A DNA stretch of 64,000 bases from Felis catus (taxonomy: Eukaryota). Shown here piece by piece: positions 42,071 through 53,712 of this stretch (position 1 is its first letter; every line of letters starts with the position of its first letter). Where the stretch lies: contig NC_058368.1 of the NCBI RefSeq assembly GCF_018350175.1, positions 145,392,001 through 145,456,000 on the forward strand, given 5' to 3'. The notes under the pieces are model-generated. The model ran no database searches. It had not been told where the DNA came from and saw only the letters and a program-made list of their open reading frames with translations. The translations under genes and the position numbers were made by a program.

Positions 42071-42769
42071 TATTTTTGTTTTATTCTAAATATTTTTTAA
42101 CCTTGTTCTGGGATACAGTTAGGTTATCTGGAAACAGTTTGATCCTTTTCAAATCTGAAAGTTAAGCTTTGTTAGATGGGACCAGAGCAGCCTTTTGTGT
42201 GGGGTTGATTTTGCTCATTAATGAGATAAATCTCTTCAGAGGACTTTATCCAGTGCCCCATGAATTATGGCTAGGAGGACCCCAAATTACTCTCAGCCCT
42301 ATGCAGGTATCAGTTTTCTCTAATTCTTTTGGATGGCTCTTTTCTTGACCTGAGTTTTTTCCTCAAACATATGAGCTAATCCATACTCAGCTGAAGATGT
42401 GAGGGATTTCTTTTTTCTGTGCTGCCCTCTCCTCTCTGATTGTTTGCCCTGAAAGCTCTTAACAGTCATGGCCTCCCTGGCTTCTCAGTTCCATCTCCTA
42501 CAGTCAGGAAGCCTGGTTGGCTCGGCCTGAGTTATGCCTCCCTGCACTGTGGCCTGAAAGCTCTCTCTAGGCAATAAGCTGGAACAATCTTAGGACTTAC
42601 TTTCTTGTTTTCCCACATCTCAGGGATCCCATGTCTTTGCTGCCTGATGTCCAATGTCTTGAAAAATCATTCTTTCATATATTTTGTTAAGTGTTTTAGT
42701 TGTTTCAGGTGGCAAGATAAATCTCTTCTCTGTTACTTCCTCTTGCCTAGTGATATTTGTGTTTCACTA

Positions 42770-43940
42770 CATTAAAAGTAAATAACAATGCTATAGAACA
42801 TACTGTAAACAAAGTTGAAAGACAAATGACAAACTGGGAAAAGCATTTGCAATTATTGTACCCTGCTAAGGATTAATAGCTCTAATATATAAGCAGGCCT
42901 TGTCAATCAATAAGAAAAAGATGAACAATCCCAATAGAAAAATGAAAATGTTATTTTTATTTGTTATTTGCTTTTATTAGTGGGCAGTTGGCAAAAGAAC
43001 AAATTAAAATGACCAATAAATATGTGAAAAGATTTTCTGTTCTAATAATATCAAAGAGATACTAATAGAAATGACACAGAAATACCACTTTCATCTATCA
43101 TATTGCCAAGGAAGAAAACAAATGGTGATATGCATTGGTGACAAAACAGGTACAGCCTTTCTGGAATGCAATCTGGTAATATGTATGAAAATTAAAATAG
43201 TTACTTTTCTTAGCAATTCTAATTCTCAAAATTTGTCCTAATGAATAATCCTATAAATTTATAAGCAAAAAATTTTACTGTAGAACTACTGATAAAAACT
43301 GGAAATAACTTGAGTATTAGTTATTAGTCAAGTGATTAATCTTTATATATGCAATTATTTATTTTAAATCCTACAGTAATTATTTTTATAATTTTTTACA
43401 GTTATTTTCCTCAGTTGTTAAATATAGGTATGTATATACATTCAGATTATGACTAGTCTATTGCAAACAATGAGGTAGATATTTATTAACACAAAAAGAT
43501 GTCTTCAACATATTAAGTGAGGAAGACAAGTTATAAACTATTATGTATAGATGATACCATGGGAAATATACATACATACAAATACACACATATACATACA
43601 CATACAGTAGTTCTCTGGAAGATAGAATTACAGGTGATTTTTCTTTTTAAAACATTTTTTTAATGTTTATTCATTTTTGAGAGACAGAGAGAGACAGAGT
43701 GTGACTGGGGGAGGAGCAGAGAGCAAGGGGGGCAGAAATTGAAGTAGGCTGCAGGCTCCAGACTTTAAGCTGTCAGCACAGAGTCCTATGCGGGTCTTGA
43801 ATCCACAAACTGTGAGGTCATGACCTGTGCCAAAGTCAGATGTGAATGAGCCGCCCAGGTTCCCCTGATTTTTATTTTCTAGTTTCTCTTCTCATATTTA
43901 AAAATTTTTTAAAATAATGAGCATGTATAACTTCTACAGT
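42770..43940 (+). mobile_element. Old L1ME-like 3' fragment with SINEC insertion
   Basis: gacaaatgacaaactgggaaaagcatttgcaa, cccaatagaaaaatg motifs. Confidence 0.65.
43645..43865 (-). mobile_element. Older SINEC
   Basis: Antisense SINEC consensus. Confidence 0.88.
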
Positions 43941-44028
43941 CAGAGACAGACAAATAAACCAGAAAGGAAACCCTCACAGAGAAGCCTTATAAAGTTCTGA
44001 GACACTAGGTTTTATAAAATGAAAATGA

Positions 44029-44260
44029 GGGCTCCTGAGAGGCTCAGTTGGTTAAGCATCCAACTCTTGATTTCAGCTCAGGTCATGATCTCATGGTTTA
44101 TGAAATCAAGCTCTGCATCAGGCTCCATGATGACAGTGTAGAGCTTGCTTGGGATTCTTTCTCTCCCTCTCTCTCTCTTTGCCCCTTCCCTGCTTGCGTG
44201 CTCTCTCTCTGTCTCTCTCTCTCTCAAAATAAATAAGTGAACTTAAAAAAAAAATAAAAT
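44029..44260 (+). mobile_element. Older SINEC
   Basis: gggctcctgagaggctcagttggttaagc head, (CT)n, A-tail. Confidence 0.9.
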
Positions 44261-44467
44261 GTTTATTTATTTATTTTGAGAGGTGGAGAGGAGCAGAGAG
44301 AGGGAGAGAGAATCTCAAGCAGGCTTCAGGCTGTCACTGCAGAGCTTGATGTTGTTGGTGGACTGGCAGGGTGGGGATGGGGGGCTCAATCTCACAGATC
44401 GTGAGATCATGACCTGCGCTGGAATCCAGAATTGGCTCCTTAACTGACTGAGCCACCCAGATGCCCA
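44261..44467 (-). mobile_element. Older SINEC, tail-to-tail with the previous copy
   Basis: gtttatttatttattttgagagg...gagccacccagatgccc. Confidence 0.9.
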
Positions 44468-44772
44468 AACATCTTTGACTTTAATAATTTTAAAGTCATT
44501 ATTTTTAACATATCACCTAACAATATTTATGTCACAGGTAATAAATATCCAACAAAGAGTAGTTTGATTTTTAAAATTATTTTTTAAAAGTAAAATAAGA
44601 GACTAAGAATAGTTTTTACCAGACATCAAATTTACTTGGACAATGGGATAAGTTTATTATTATTATTATGATAAAATTAGGAGGTACTAATTATCTCTGT
44701 ATGCGAGCCGCCTTTGATTTCATTTTAACTCCATTTTTGTCTATAATGTGATCTTTGATTAAAAGAATTGCA

Positions 44773-45026
44773 GGGGCGCCTGGGTTTGCTCAGTTGGTTG
44801 AGCGTCCGACTTCAGCTCAGGTCATGATCTCGCGGTCCGTGAGTTTGAGCCCCGCATCAGGCTGTGTGCTGACAGCTCAGAGCCTGGAGCCTGTTTCAGA
44901 TTCTGTGTCTCCCTCTCTCTCTGACTTTCCCCCGTTCATGCTCTCTGACTTTCCCCCGTTCATGCTCTGTCTCTCTCTGTCTCAAAAATAAATAAAAACA
45001 TTAAGAAAAAATAAAAAAGAAAAAAT
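44773..45026 (+). mobile_element. SINEC with internal 24-bp tandem duplication
   Basis: TSD aaagaattgca; ctctctgactttcccccgttcatg x2 at 44917-44964. Confidence 0.95.
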
Positions 45027-45538
45027 AAAGAATTGCAGATTATTTTGTTTTATTTTAACCAGGAGTGGTATATATACTTGCAGCCAGTATTTTCTTTTTC
45101 CCCCAGCACGTCACAGCCCACCGTGGCTCCTGCTTGGCTCCTCCTGGCTGGGGAGGGATGGCATTAGACAGGAAGCGCCAAGGTTTATATCACTGCTGAA
45201 GAAGTTGGGCCAGTGTTTTGGTGCCTTTCCCCATGAGAGTCTCTCAGCTTTCTCTCGGTTTCTAAACCACTTCTTTACTCCTAGATATAACCTGTCTTCT
45301 AAAGAAAAAATCTTGTGTTTCTTACAATAAGGTGTATTACTTTAGCGGGAAAATTAACAGACATTAATGAACTTGAACTCTTACATTTCTTTATCTCTGT
45401 GCACCCTTATGACAGCCGAACTCTTGAAACTTTGCAGAGACAAGCATTCTGTCAGCTTCTTTCCTTTGCCTTAGATGTAGTTGGCTTGCCACTAATATTA
45501 TACAATAGGAACCAGGGTTTATTATCAAAGATATTACT

Positions 45539-45763
45539 GGGGCGCCTGGGTGGCGCAGTCGGTTAAGCGTCCGACTTCAGCCAGGTCACGATCTTGCGGT
45601 CCGTGAGTTCGAGCCCCGCGTCAGGCTCTGGGCTGATGGCTCAGAGCCTGGAGCCTGTTTCCGATTCTGTGTCTCCCTCTCTCTCTGCCCCTCCCCCGTT
45701 CATGCTCTGTCTCTCTCTGTCCCAAAAATAAATAAAAACGTTGAAAAAATAATTAAAAAAAAA
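45539..45763 (+). mobile_element. Young feline SINEC
   Basis: TSD aaagatattact at 45527-45538 and 45764-45775. Confidence 0.97.
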
Positions 45764-46669
45764 AAAGATATTACTGACCTTTCAAATGAAAACACTGGCA
45801 CATTAGTGTTCACATGGATATCATTTCTATAGTCCAATAAAGACTCCTAAAGCTTCACTTCTACAGTCTGTCTGGGTTTGGAATATTTTTATGCTCTGCT
45901 GTGAGAAAAGCAGGTGCACTTGCACATTTATTTCTAAGATTTGTCTATTTTGTCATATGATTTGGGTTTAAAATTTCTGCAGATGTCAATCTCAGCCATT
46001 TTTACTATTAGTAGAGGAGCTTAAAAGGTAGCTCTTATAAGTCTAACTTCATATTTATTTTAGAACAGCTTAAACCTTGTAGCCTATTTTCTCTCTGATA
46101 TGTTTTTTGTGGAATAACTTAAATCCAAAATTAGCTCAAAATGGAACCCTTCCCCTGTTGGAATATTGCTGTTTTAATACCTCACAGTCTTTTCCAGTTC
46201 GTGGTATCGACACTGCTTTGCAATTTGTTTTGCTGCCCTCTAGCCCTTTGGCTCTCCTTTCCATTATTGTATTTCCTTGGTGGGTGCCTGTGCCAGGTTC
46301 TGAGGCATCGAGGGGAGGGGTCTATAGGTTGTGGGCTCACTAGGCCAACTTTATTACTGAAGTCTTGAGAGCTCATAATGAGACTCATCTATCTAAAATA
46401 TGACAAAGTTTGTTAGCTGATGTTAGCATCCTAGTGAGAATTGTGAGCTGGCCTGGTAATTTAGCATTTCATTCTAAAGTGAAGGTTTCTATGAACACAT
46501 TACATAGACTAATGGACTTCCTTAGCAAAAGAAATAACCAATTAGTAATTCCATATCCTTTTATAACTGTGCTCTGCCACACCCCACTGCCCCAATTTTT
46601 GTTGTAAAATAATCAGATCAAATAATATCTTCTGTCTTCTAACTACTGTCTTTAATATTCATACTATTT

Positions 46670-46703
<34 letters not shown>

Positions 46704-46780
46704 ATTATATTATATATATATATATATATTATATATATATATATATTATATATATATATTATATATATATATATATATAT
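46670..46780. repeat. Interrupted (TA)n microsatellite, ~110 bp
   Basis: Direct reading. Confidence 0.95.
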
Positions 46781-47921
46781 GTCTTCAACTATACTTAGAA
46801 AATACATACAAAGAGATACCTATGAATTACATACAAAGAAATCTTATGAGTTACCTCAAGATTAAGGTAAATTCGCTCCATTTGCTTGGTAGTTGTGTAC
46901 GGTTTTTGAAGCAATAATATATTTTATTTTTGCATATAGCAAAATTAGATCCCCTGCAAAATTACAGCCAGTTATATTTAAAATATCTTAAAGTTGTTAT
47001 AAATTTGTAAAACAAAATTTCCAGTCAACATTGTTTTTTTTTGAAGAAGGAATTTTCTTTTCTTTCTTGAGGAAGAAATATCATGTAAATACAAAGCATT
47101 TTTATTGTTGTTATGGGTGCTAATGACCTTTATCCCTCCAAATATTAGTATTAAAATTTAAAAACACCTTTTGCCAAACCCAAACATTCATCAATAAAGA
47201 TCAAAGGTCACAGAGCTGTGATGATTCAGTAGTAAAATATCAAAGTATTTATAAAGTCTTTTTTACAGTTGCTTAAATTAGGTGAAAAGATTTATCGAAA
47301 GATCTAGGACCATCTCCAATTACAACAAAATATTTGCCCAAAGAAGTCTCAAGAGAACTTACAACAGATTCATTCTGCAAGAATTTTAACCTCAGCAACA
47401 AGGTAGCCATCTTTAAAACCTAAACCCAAACTAGAAACTTGAATCATTTTCTTCATTTAATTTAAAAATACATTTCAAATAATTTCCCATGATAGTGGCT
47501 CCATTTTAATAGTTGAAGATGCCAGACTTATAAGGTGTAAAATAATAGGCATATTTCTACTCTAGTAGATTTATTTTTCCTTAACTATCATTCATGTTGC
47601 TCACAAAACCAAACAAACCAATCTTGTAAAATTGGGATGGTGTTTATTATACCCTGTTCACAGTAGTGTGGGCCTAGGAGAAAATTGGTGTATGGATCTG
47701 GAGAACTAGAAGGAAGAGAATTGACATTTTAACACTGGTTTAACAAAACAAAACAAAAACCCATAAAGTTACCATATGGAAATGAATCAATTGTTGCTCT
47801 AAAGAAATCTTGTTTCCCACTGTGACATTCAGTGTAGATTCTGCAGTAGTTTTATTGTCTCATTCAAGATGTTCAGGAAAGTTGTCTTTCAGCCCAGGCT
47901 CTCAGAAGCTAAGTCCAGGTA

Positions 47922-48649
47922 TGATGAGGGAGCGTGAGGCAGGCTGAGGGGCAAAATACAGGCTGGCACAGCCACTGCCACTAGCACCCCCTCAGGTGGA
48001 ATATGTGTGATATTCCTCAAACACTCCTGGCTACCCAAGAACAAAAGAAAGGGGTTTAAGTGCTTGCCATGGTAATGTAGAAACAAAGACAAATGAAAAA
48101 TTAAATTCCCTTACTGCCTACAGCCCACTGATAAGTCCTTGAAACCCAGCAGAGTGACCTCCCTCTAGGAGATCAGCTGCCTCAATGATGACAGTTTGCT
48201 AGGGGCAAAAGAGAACCTTAGCTTAACATTATCCCAACCTTGAGGATCCTGTAAGTCTACTTCCTTTATCTCAGCTGCCCCAGGATATATGCTAGCAATC
48301 ATACTCTAAGCTTATGCCCCCCCTCCCCCCATATACATCTAAAGGGTTTCATGACTGAGGTTTTATTAAATGGTAAAAAATGGTGTTTCCCTAGCAACAG
48401 TTAGCCCCTTAAGGTCCTGGAAACCTTGCTTCCAAAATTCCTTAGAGACTTAACTCTATCCCTGACCCCCTCCCAACCTGAGGTTTATAATGAGTTACCC
48501 ATCATGACCCCACTGAAGCTCTTCCTGCCCACAGGTCCTGTCCCCCTGCTTTAATAAAATCACTTTTTTGCACCAAAGACATCTTCAAGAATTCTTTCTT
48601 GGCCATCAGCTCTTTACCCCATGAACCCCATCACTCCAGAACTTCATCA
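47922..48649 (+). mobile_element. Complete solo LTR, ERV1 (gamma-like) class, 728 bp
   Basis: Termini TGATGA...TCATCA (inverted, TG...CA), flanked by a 4-bp direct repeat ggta (47918-47921, 48650-48653). TATA-like tttataa at ~48484 and AATAAA at 48553. A 4-bp TSD is typical of ERV1. Confidence 0.85.
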
Positions 48650-50639
48650 GGTAAAGGCATTAAATACTTTTAGTTTAGGTTAATTAATTAGTTTTGAGAC
48701 AGAAGAATGAAACATTTAGTCTCTCCTTAGGTTTAGTATTTTAATATCTAAAGAAATAGAATATATGGTAATAGTTAACTTAATTTATTTTTATTGAGCT
48801 CAGCCTTTTCTTTTTAATTATTTGCTAATGTTAGTTTTAACATTATGCAGATCAAGAGAGATCATTGTTTCTAGACTTCCATACTTGATTACCTAAAGAC
48901 AAAGCTGTTAGCTAGTGGGATCAATGAAAAGTTTTCAGGTCCTTTAAGAATTGAATAAGATTTATTGAAACAGTCCTAGTCAGCTGCAAGAACAATATGA
49001 GTTAACAAGAACTGAATAGATAGTTCTCTTTTAAATGGTCCCCAATAAGCCACCCTGACCAATTGCATGGAACTTTGTTCAGCCTACCCACAACACATAG
49101 ACTTGTTGACAGCATTGAAGTAAAACAGAAAAATGAATCTATAAGAGCAATAAAGCAGCATTACATTTTGAATTTAATTTAATTTAGATTTAAGTAGGGA
49201 CTTAAAACTGACCTGAACCATGACCAAAAACTAGACAAAACAATACTAATTTGTAGATCTTCTTTCCCTCACCAAAAGGAAAATAAAAAGCTATCTGAGT
49301 AGTGGTTCAAACTGCAACCTACCTAGATTTATATTTTCTTAGATTACTCATTGGAAAAACACCATAAAAACAAGAAAAATCTAAATGATTTGTCAGCCAA
49401 CCTCAATATGTTATTTAATTGGAAAAAAAAAGTATAACTTCCCAGAGAAAAGAGTGGATGCAGTTTGTCCTCTATTTCATGGTAGTGTAATAAATTTAAA
49501 AAGTATTTTAATTGCTACCAATATTTAATAATTACTTTAAAAACAGTAAGTGCTTACATATATTGAGTAATTTCAGTTAAGATGAAATGTATTTAAGGGA
49601 TAGTGGTGTAATTATTAATTGATAAAGTATTATAATTCACTATGTATGTTTCTCTTTTAATCAGAAATAATAAGTGTATATTTAAATATCATTTATGTAT
49701 ATTCTTTTTCTATAAGTGGAATGACATTTATAGATATAGGAATCTTTAATTTACAATGACTGAGACTACATCAAATTAATGATTAGTGACAGTAGAGTAA
49801 ATATGTAATGTTTTACATTGTGTATGTTGGACTATACCTCTTATTCAGAAAATAGTGGTGTATCTCTTTTAAAGTCAATAACGGTAATCATAAACAAGAT
49901 AATTCCATCAGCACAAGTCAGTCTTACTCTGCATATATTAATTTAGCACAGTATTGCACTTAATAAATTATCATTAATCATAAATACATTTTCACATGTG
50001 CATATTTAAGTTTTTTAATGTTTGCTTCTTGGTTTTTCTGTAGGGCTAAGGTATAAGACACTCATTTCAAATCTAAGAAGCTGCATAATCAGTCTTTTGA
50101 AGCCCACTGCAATCAATATCTATGCAAATGGGGTAGTTATGGAATTTACACTGCTTTGTCAATCAATCACTAGTCAAGTCCCCCCCTACACTCGATATAC
50201 TCATAGATTTTTTTCTTTTTTAAGGAGAAAACTTTTTTCTTTTTAAAGAAAGAGACTTCCTTTTATTTGTTATATAAACAAGTGCTACAGCTTTCCTGCC
50301 TCTACCTCTTCATACTTACCTGCCAGCACAGTGAGTCAGCCCATGCTGCCAGTCTCTTTCTATGTGGTGGTGGTCAGGCTCCAGGCTTCCTGAGCGCCAC
50401 CTGTGGCCTCCTATGGCCCTGTCTTTGAGTCTGAGTTCTTGAAAGAAGGAATGGACCTTTGGGACTCAGCTGGTTGGACCAGCCTCCCTAGAGTATTGAT
50501 CATTTGCTGCTTGTCCACTGGCAGAGAAGTCTTCAGTGGATCACTGAAGGGCTCTTTCTTTCACCTTGATTATGTCAAGTTCTTGCCAAGGACTTGGTGG
50601 GGACATAGAAACCTTGCTAACTAAATAAGCAGAAGATGG

Positions 50640-51950
50640 AAACTGAGAAGGATAGTTAATTAGGTGGAATTTCAAAATTGGGGTTCAAGGTTTATTTGCA
50701 TTGCATGGAGTAATGGACTGTAAGAAGAAATGTAATAAGGAGAAATCTGAAGTTTTACACTTAGATTAAAGAGAAAAAACAAATTACTAAACATATACAA
50801 AGTAGGGAAAGCCTGGTTAATAGTACTTGCAGTGAAAAACAAAACAAAGTAAAAACTAGATCTTTTTTTGGCTACCTATAACCACGGTATGAATCTTTAG
50901 TCTTGAGGACTGCTGAAGAAGCTAATGCATCTTAAGTCTTATAAAGACAACAAAGGAAGTTAATAATCCATCTGTTTTCTGTTGGTCAGCTCACATCTGG
51001 TGGATGCATTGAGTTCTGTTCTGAAACTTTTAAGAATAAGTCTGAAAAACTTGAACCTTTATAGAAGAGGGTAACTTAGATGATGAGGAAGCTGAAAGTG
51101 TTAAAAGTTTAAAGTAGGTGGGGCGCCTGGGTGGCGCAGTCAGTTAAGCGTCCGACTTCAGCCAGGTCACGATCTCGCGGTCCGTGAGTTCGAGCCCCGC
51201 GTCAGGCTCTGGGCTGACGGCTCAGAGCCTGGAGCCTGTTTCCGATTCTGTGTCTCCCTCTCTCTCTGCCCCTCCCCCGTTCATGCTCTGTCTCTCTCTG
51301 TCCCAAAAATAAATAAACGTTGAAAAAAAAAATTTAAAGTAGGGAGAATGTAGGTAGAATGTGATGTTGCTCTTCAAATACTGAAAACATATCTGCAGAC
51401 TCAGTACGTGAGTAGGAATTAAGTTCCTAACTAAGTTCTGGGTTATGAGTATACACACACAGGGTTATTCCCTTGTGTAAGTGAAGTCTGGGGATGGATA
51501 GTCCAGGGCTAGAGCAACCCTTCCACAAAGTCATTGAGGACTATGACTCTAATATCTTGACTGAATGATTATTTCCATCTTCAGGATCACCTCTTGGTAA
51601 ATCACGGGAACTCCTGCAGTCACATCCCTATTCCAGACAGCAAGAAGATGATGAGTATGGTGTGGGGGAAAGCCACACCTTCTTTCTTTTAAGAAACCCT
51701 CTCAGAATTTGCACTGACATTTTTTTGGCAACTTAGTCTTATGGCCACACCTGGCTGCCATGGAGGCAGAATAAAAGCAGTAGGTAGCAATAGGAGGCTT
51801 AAAAAGGACAAATTTTACTAAATATAGAGAAGAATTTCCTAATAGTTTTGTGTGCCCCAAATTGAATGGGCTTTTTTAGAGATACCAATGTAACTGTTGT
51901 TGAACATTCAAAAACAAACTAGAAAATTGCCTATCAGGGATGTTTTAGGG
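50640..51950 (+). mobile_element. CR1/L3 LINE remnant interrupted by SINEC and a MaLR-like piece
   Basis: gctaatgcatcttaag, ctgttggtcagctcacatctgg, ctcttcaaatactgaaa CR1 motifs. Confidence 0.6.
51120..51332 (+). mobile_element. Young feline SINEC
   Basis: Flanked by tttaaagtagg direct repeats. Confidence 0.96.
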
Positions 51951-52775
51951 AGAGACATGATAGGTACAGTTCCTTCTGATACGATGTGCCAGGATTATTT
52001 CAATATATGTGTGCACAGGCCATACTGAGTTTTAGTTTAACTTTTCTTATGAGAGATTTTGATAAAATTAGATTTTTACTTACTACATCTCAATAATAAC
52101 AAATAATCCTTAAAGTAAATACTACACAAGTCTTGTTTTCATGTTTTTCAGAAGCCAGCATTTTCTTTTAATGGAAAGCACTAGTGAAATAGTATTCTGT
52201 GGACACATAATGACCCCACACACTTAGCAATCTTTCTGATGCTTGAAGTTTTATGCCTTATGAATTTTCTTACTGATTTGTTTGCTATAGGAAGTATTGA
52301 TCAATTGATTAAAGCAGATTTCATTCAATATAGCTATAGGACAGATACATTTGTATCACAAGATACAAGATATAAGATTTGTAACACATGAAATGTATAG
52401 TATCTTTCATTTTGTGGTGGATTTTTATTTTCCTTTGGTATTTGAATTGTGTGAATTTCTTTAGAAAATATTAAGATATTTTATGTGGTAGGTGTTTTGG
52501 ATTTGTATTCACAATTGTATAATTAAGAGATCTAACATATTAAAGTTATGAGTTTTGTAATTTTAAATGATACTACCCTGTCTGCACCATAAGTCTGTGG
52601 GAGGTAGACTGAAAACACTCTACTAGTATGTCTAGGCCCGTGCTCATTCTCGCTGACACAGATAAGATTGAGAAGTTAGACACAATAGTTATTGGATGCC
52701 TACTCCATTAGAAACAGAAGGAGAAAATCTATTGCTTGCCAGATTAGAAAAATGTCATATAAAAAAGAAACTCTG

Positions 52776-53712
52776 GCTCTAGTATCCTCTTGTGTCCCCA
52801 TATGTGTGTATCTAATCTCAGCTGGTCCACCTGAGAATACCCCCTGCACCCCGAGTGCAAACATCCCCTGCACGCGGTCCCATTTCTGTTCCAACAAGAT
52901 GAAAGAAGCTGTCATGAAGTAGAAGAAACTCCCTGAACTGCAAGCACAAGTGTGCATTGGTGGGAAGGGAACTGTTCACGCAAAGAAGAAGGTGGCTCCT
53001 AGAACAGCTACAGCAGATGATAAAAAAAAAAAAAAATCCAGTTCTCCTTAAAGAAGTTGGGGGTAAACAATATCTCTGGTATTGAAGAAGTGAATATGTT
53101 CACAAACCAAGGAACAGGGGTCCACTTTAAGAACCCTAAAGTTCAGGCATCCCTGGCAGCGAAAACTTTCACCATTACAGGTCACGCTGAGGCAAAGCAG
53201 CTGACAGAAATGCTACCCAGTTTCTTGAACCAACTTGGTGCAGACGGTCTGACTAGTTTAAGACTGGCTGAAGCTCTGCCCACACAGTGTGTGGATGGAA
53301 AGGTACCGCTTGCTACCGGAGAGGAGGGCGATGATGACGTTCCAGATCTTGTGGAAAACTTGGATGAAGCTTCAAAGAACGAAGCAAATGAATAGAGGCA
53401 CCTTCTGAAGAAGATAAAACTTGAAGGAGTTACTGGGAGCTATTTTATATTATGACTGCTTTTTAAAACTATTGTTCATGGATCTGATAAAATCTAGATC
53501 TCTAATATTTTTAAGCCCAAGTCTCTTGGACACTGCAGCTCTTTTCGATTTTGGTTATACACAATTCATTCTTTGCAGCTAATTAAGCTGAAGAAGCCTG
53601 AGAATAAAGTTTGAAACAAGGTTAGTAAAGTTCTCTGCCTAGCAGAAAAAAAAAAAAAAAAAAAAAAAGAAAGAAAGAAAAAAGAAAAGAAAAGAAAAGA
53701 AAAGAAAACAAG
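52776..53712 (+). pseudogene. BTF3: BTF3 (NAC beta subunit) processed pseudogene, short BTF3b-type mRNA retrocopy
   Basis: ATG at 52899 (MKEAVMK), then TAG at 52920-52922. An A15 run at 53022-53036 shifts the frame. The downstream frame 53057-53395 reads [53 protein letters not shown]...[16 protein letters not shown] (NAC domain of BTF3). It has no introns and retains a 5'UTR and 3'UTR, AATAAA at 53603, and an A-tail from 53646. The TSD is aaagaaact(c/t)tg at 52764-52775 and 53713-53724. Confidence 0.97.

Larger units (their letters stand above)
39240..42770 (-). mobile_element. Old L1 (L1MC/MD-like) 5' region, host of nested L1MA, MER58 and SINEs
   Basis: T-rich antisense L1 ORF1/5' motifs (cagtttgattatgatgtgccttggt; ctgcctgatgtccaatgtcttgaaaa) resume on both sides of the nested inserts. 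Confidence 0.65.

Noticed and set aside
50312..50330. U1 snRNA gene or pseudogene (ATACTTACCTG)
   Set aside because: The match ends after about 11-15 nt with no U1 body; better read as an antisense donor site
53057..53395. 112-aa BTF3-like ORF as a functional CDS
   Set aside because: It starts at TTG after a frameshift, with an upstream stop, poly(A) tail and TSD, so it is a processed pseudogene
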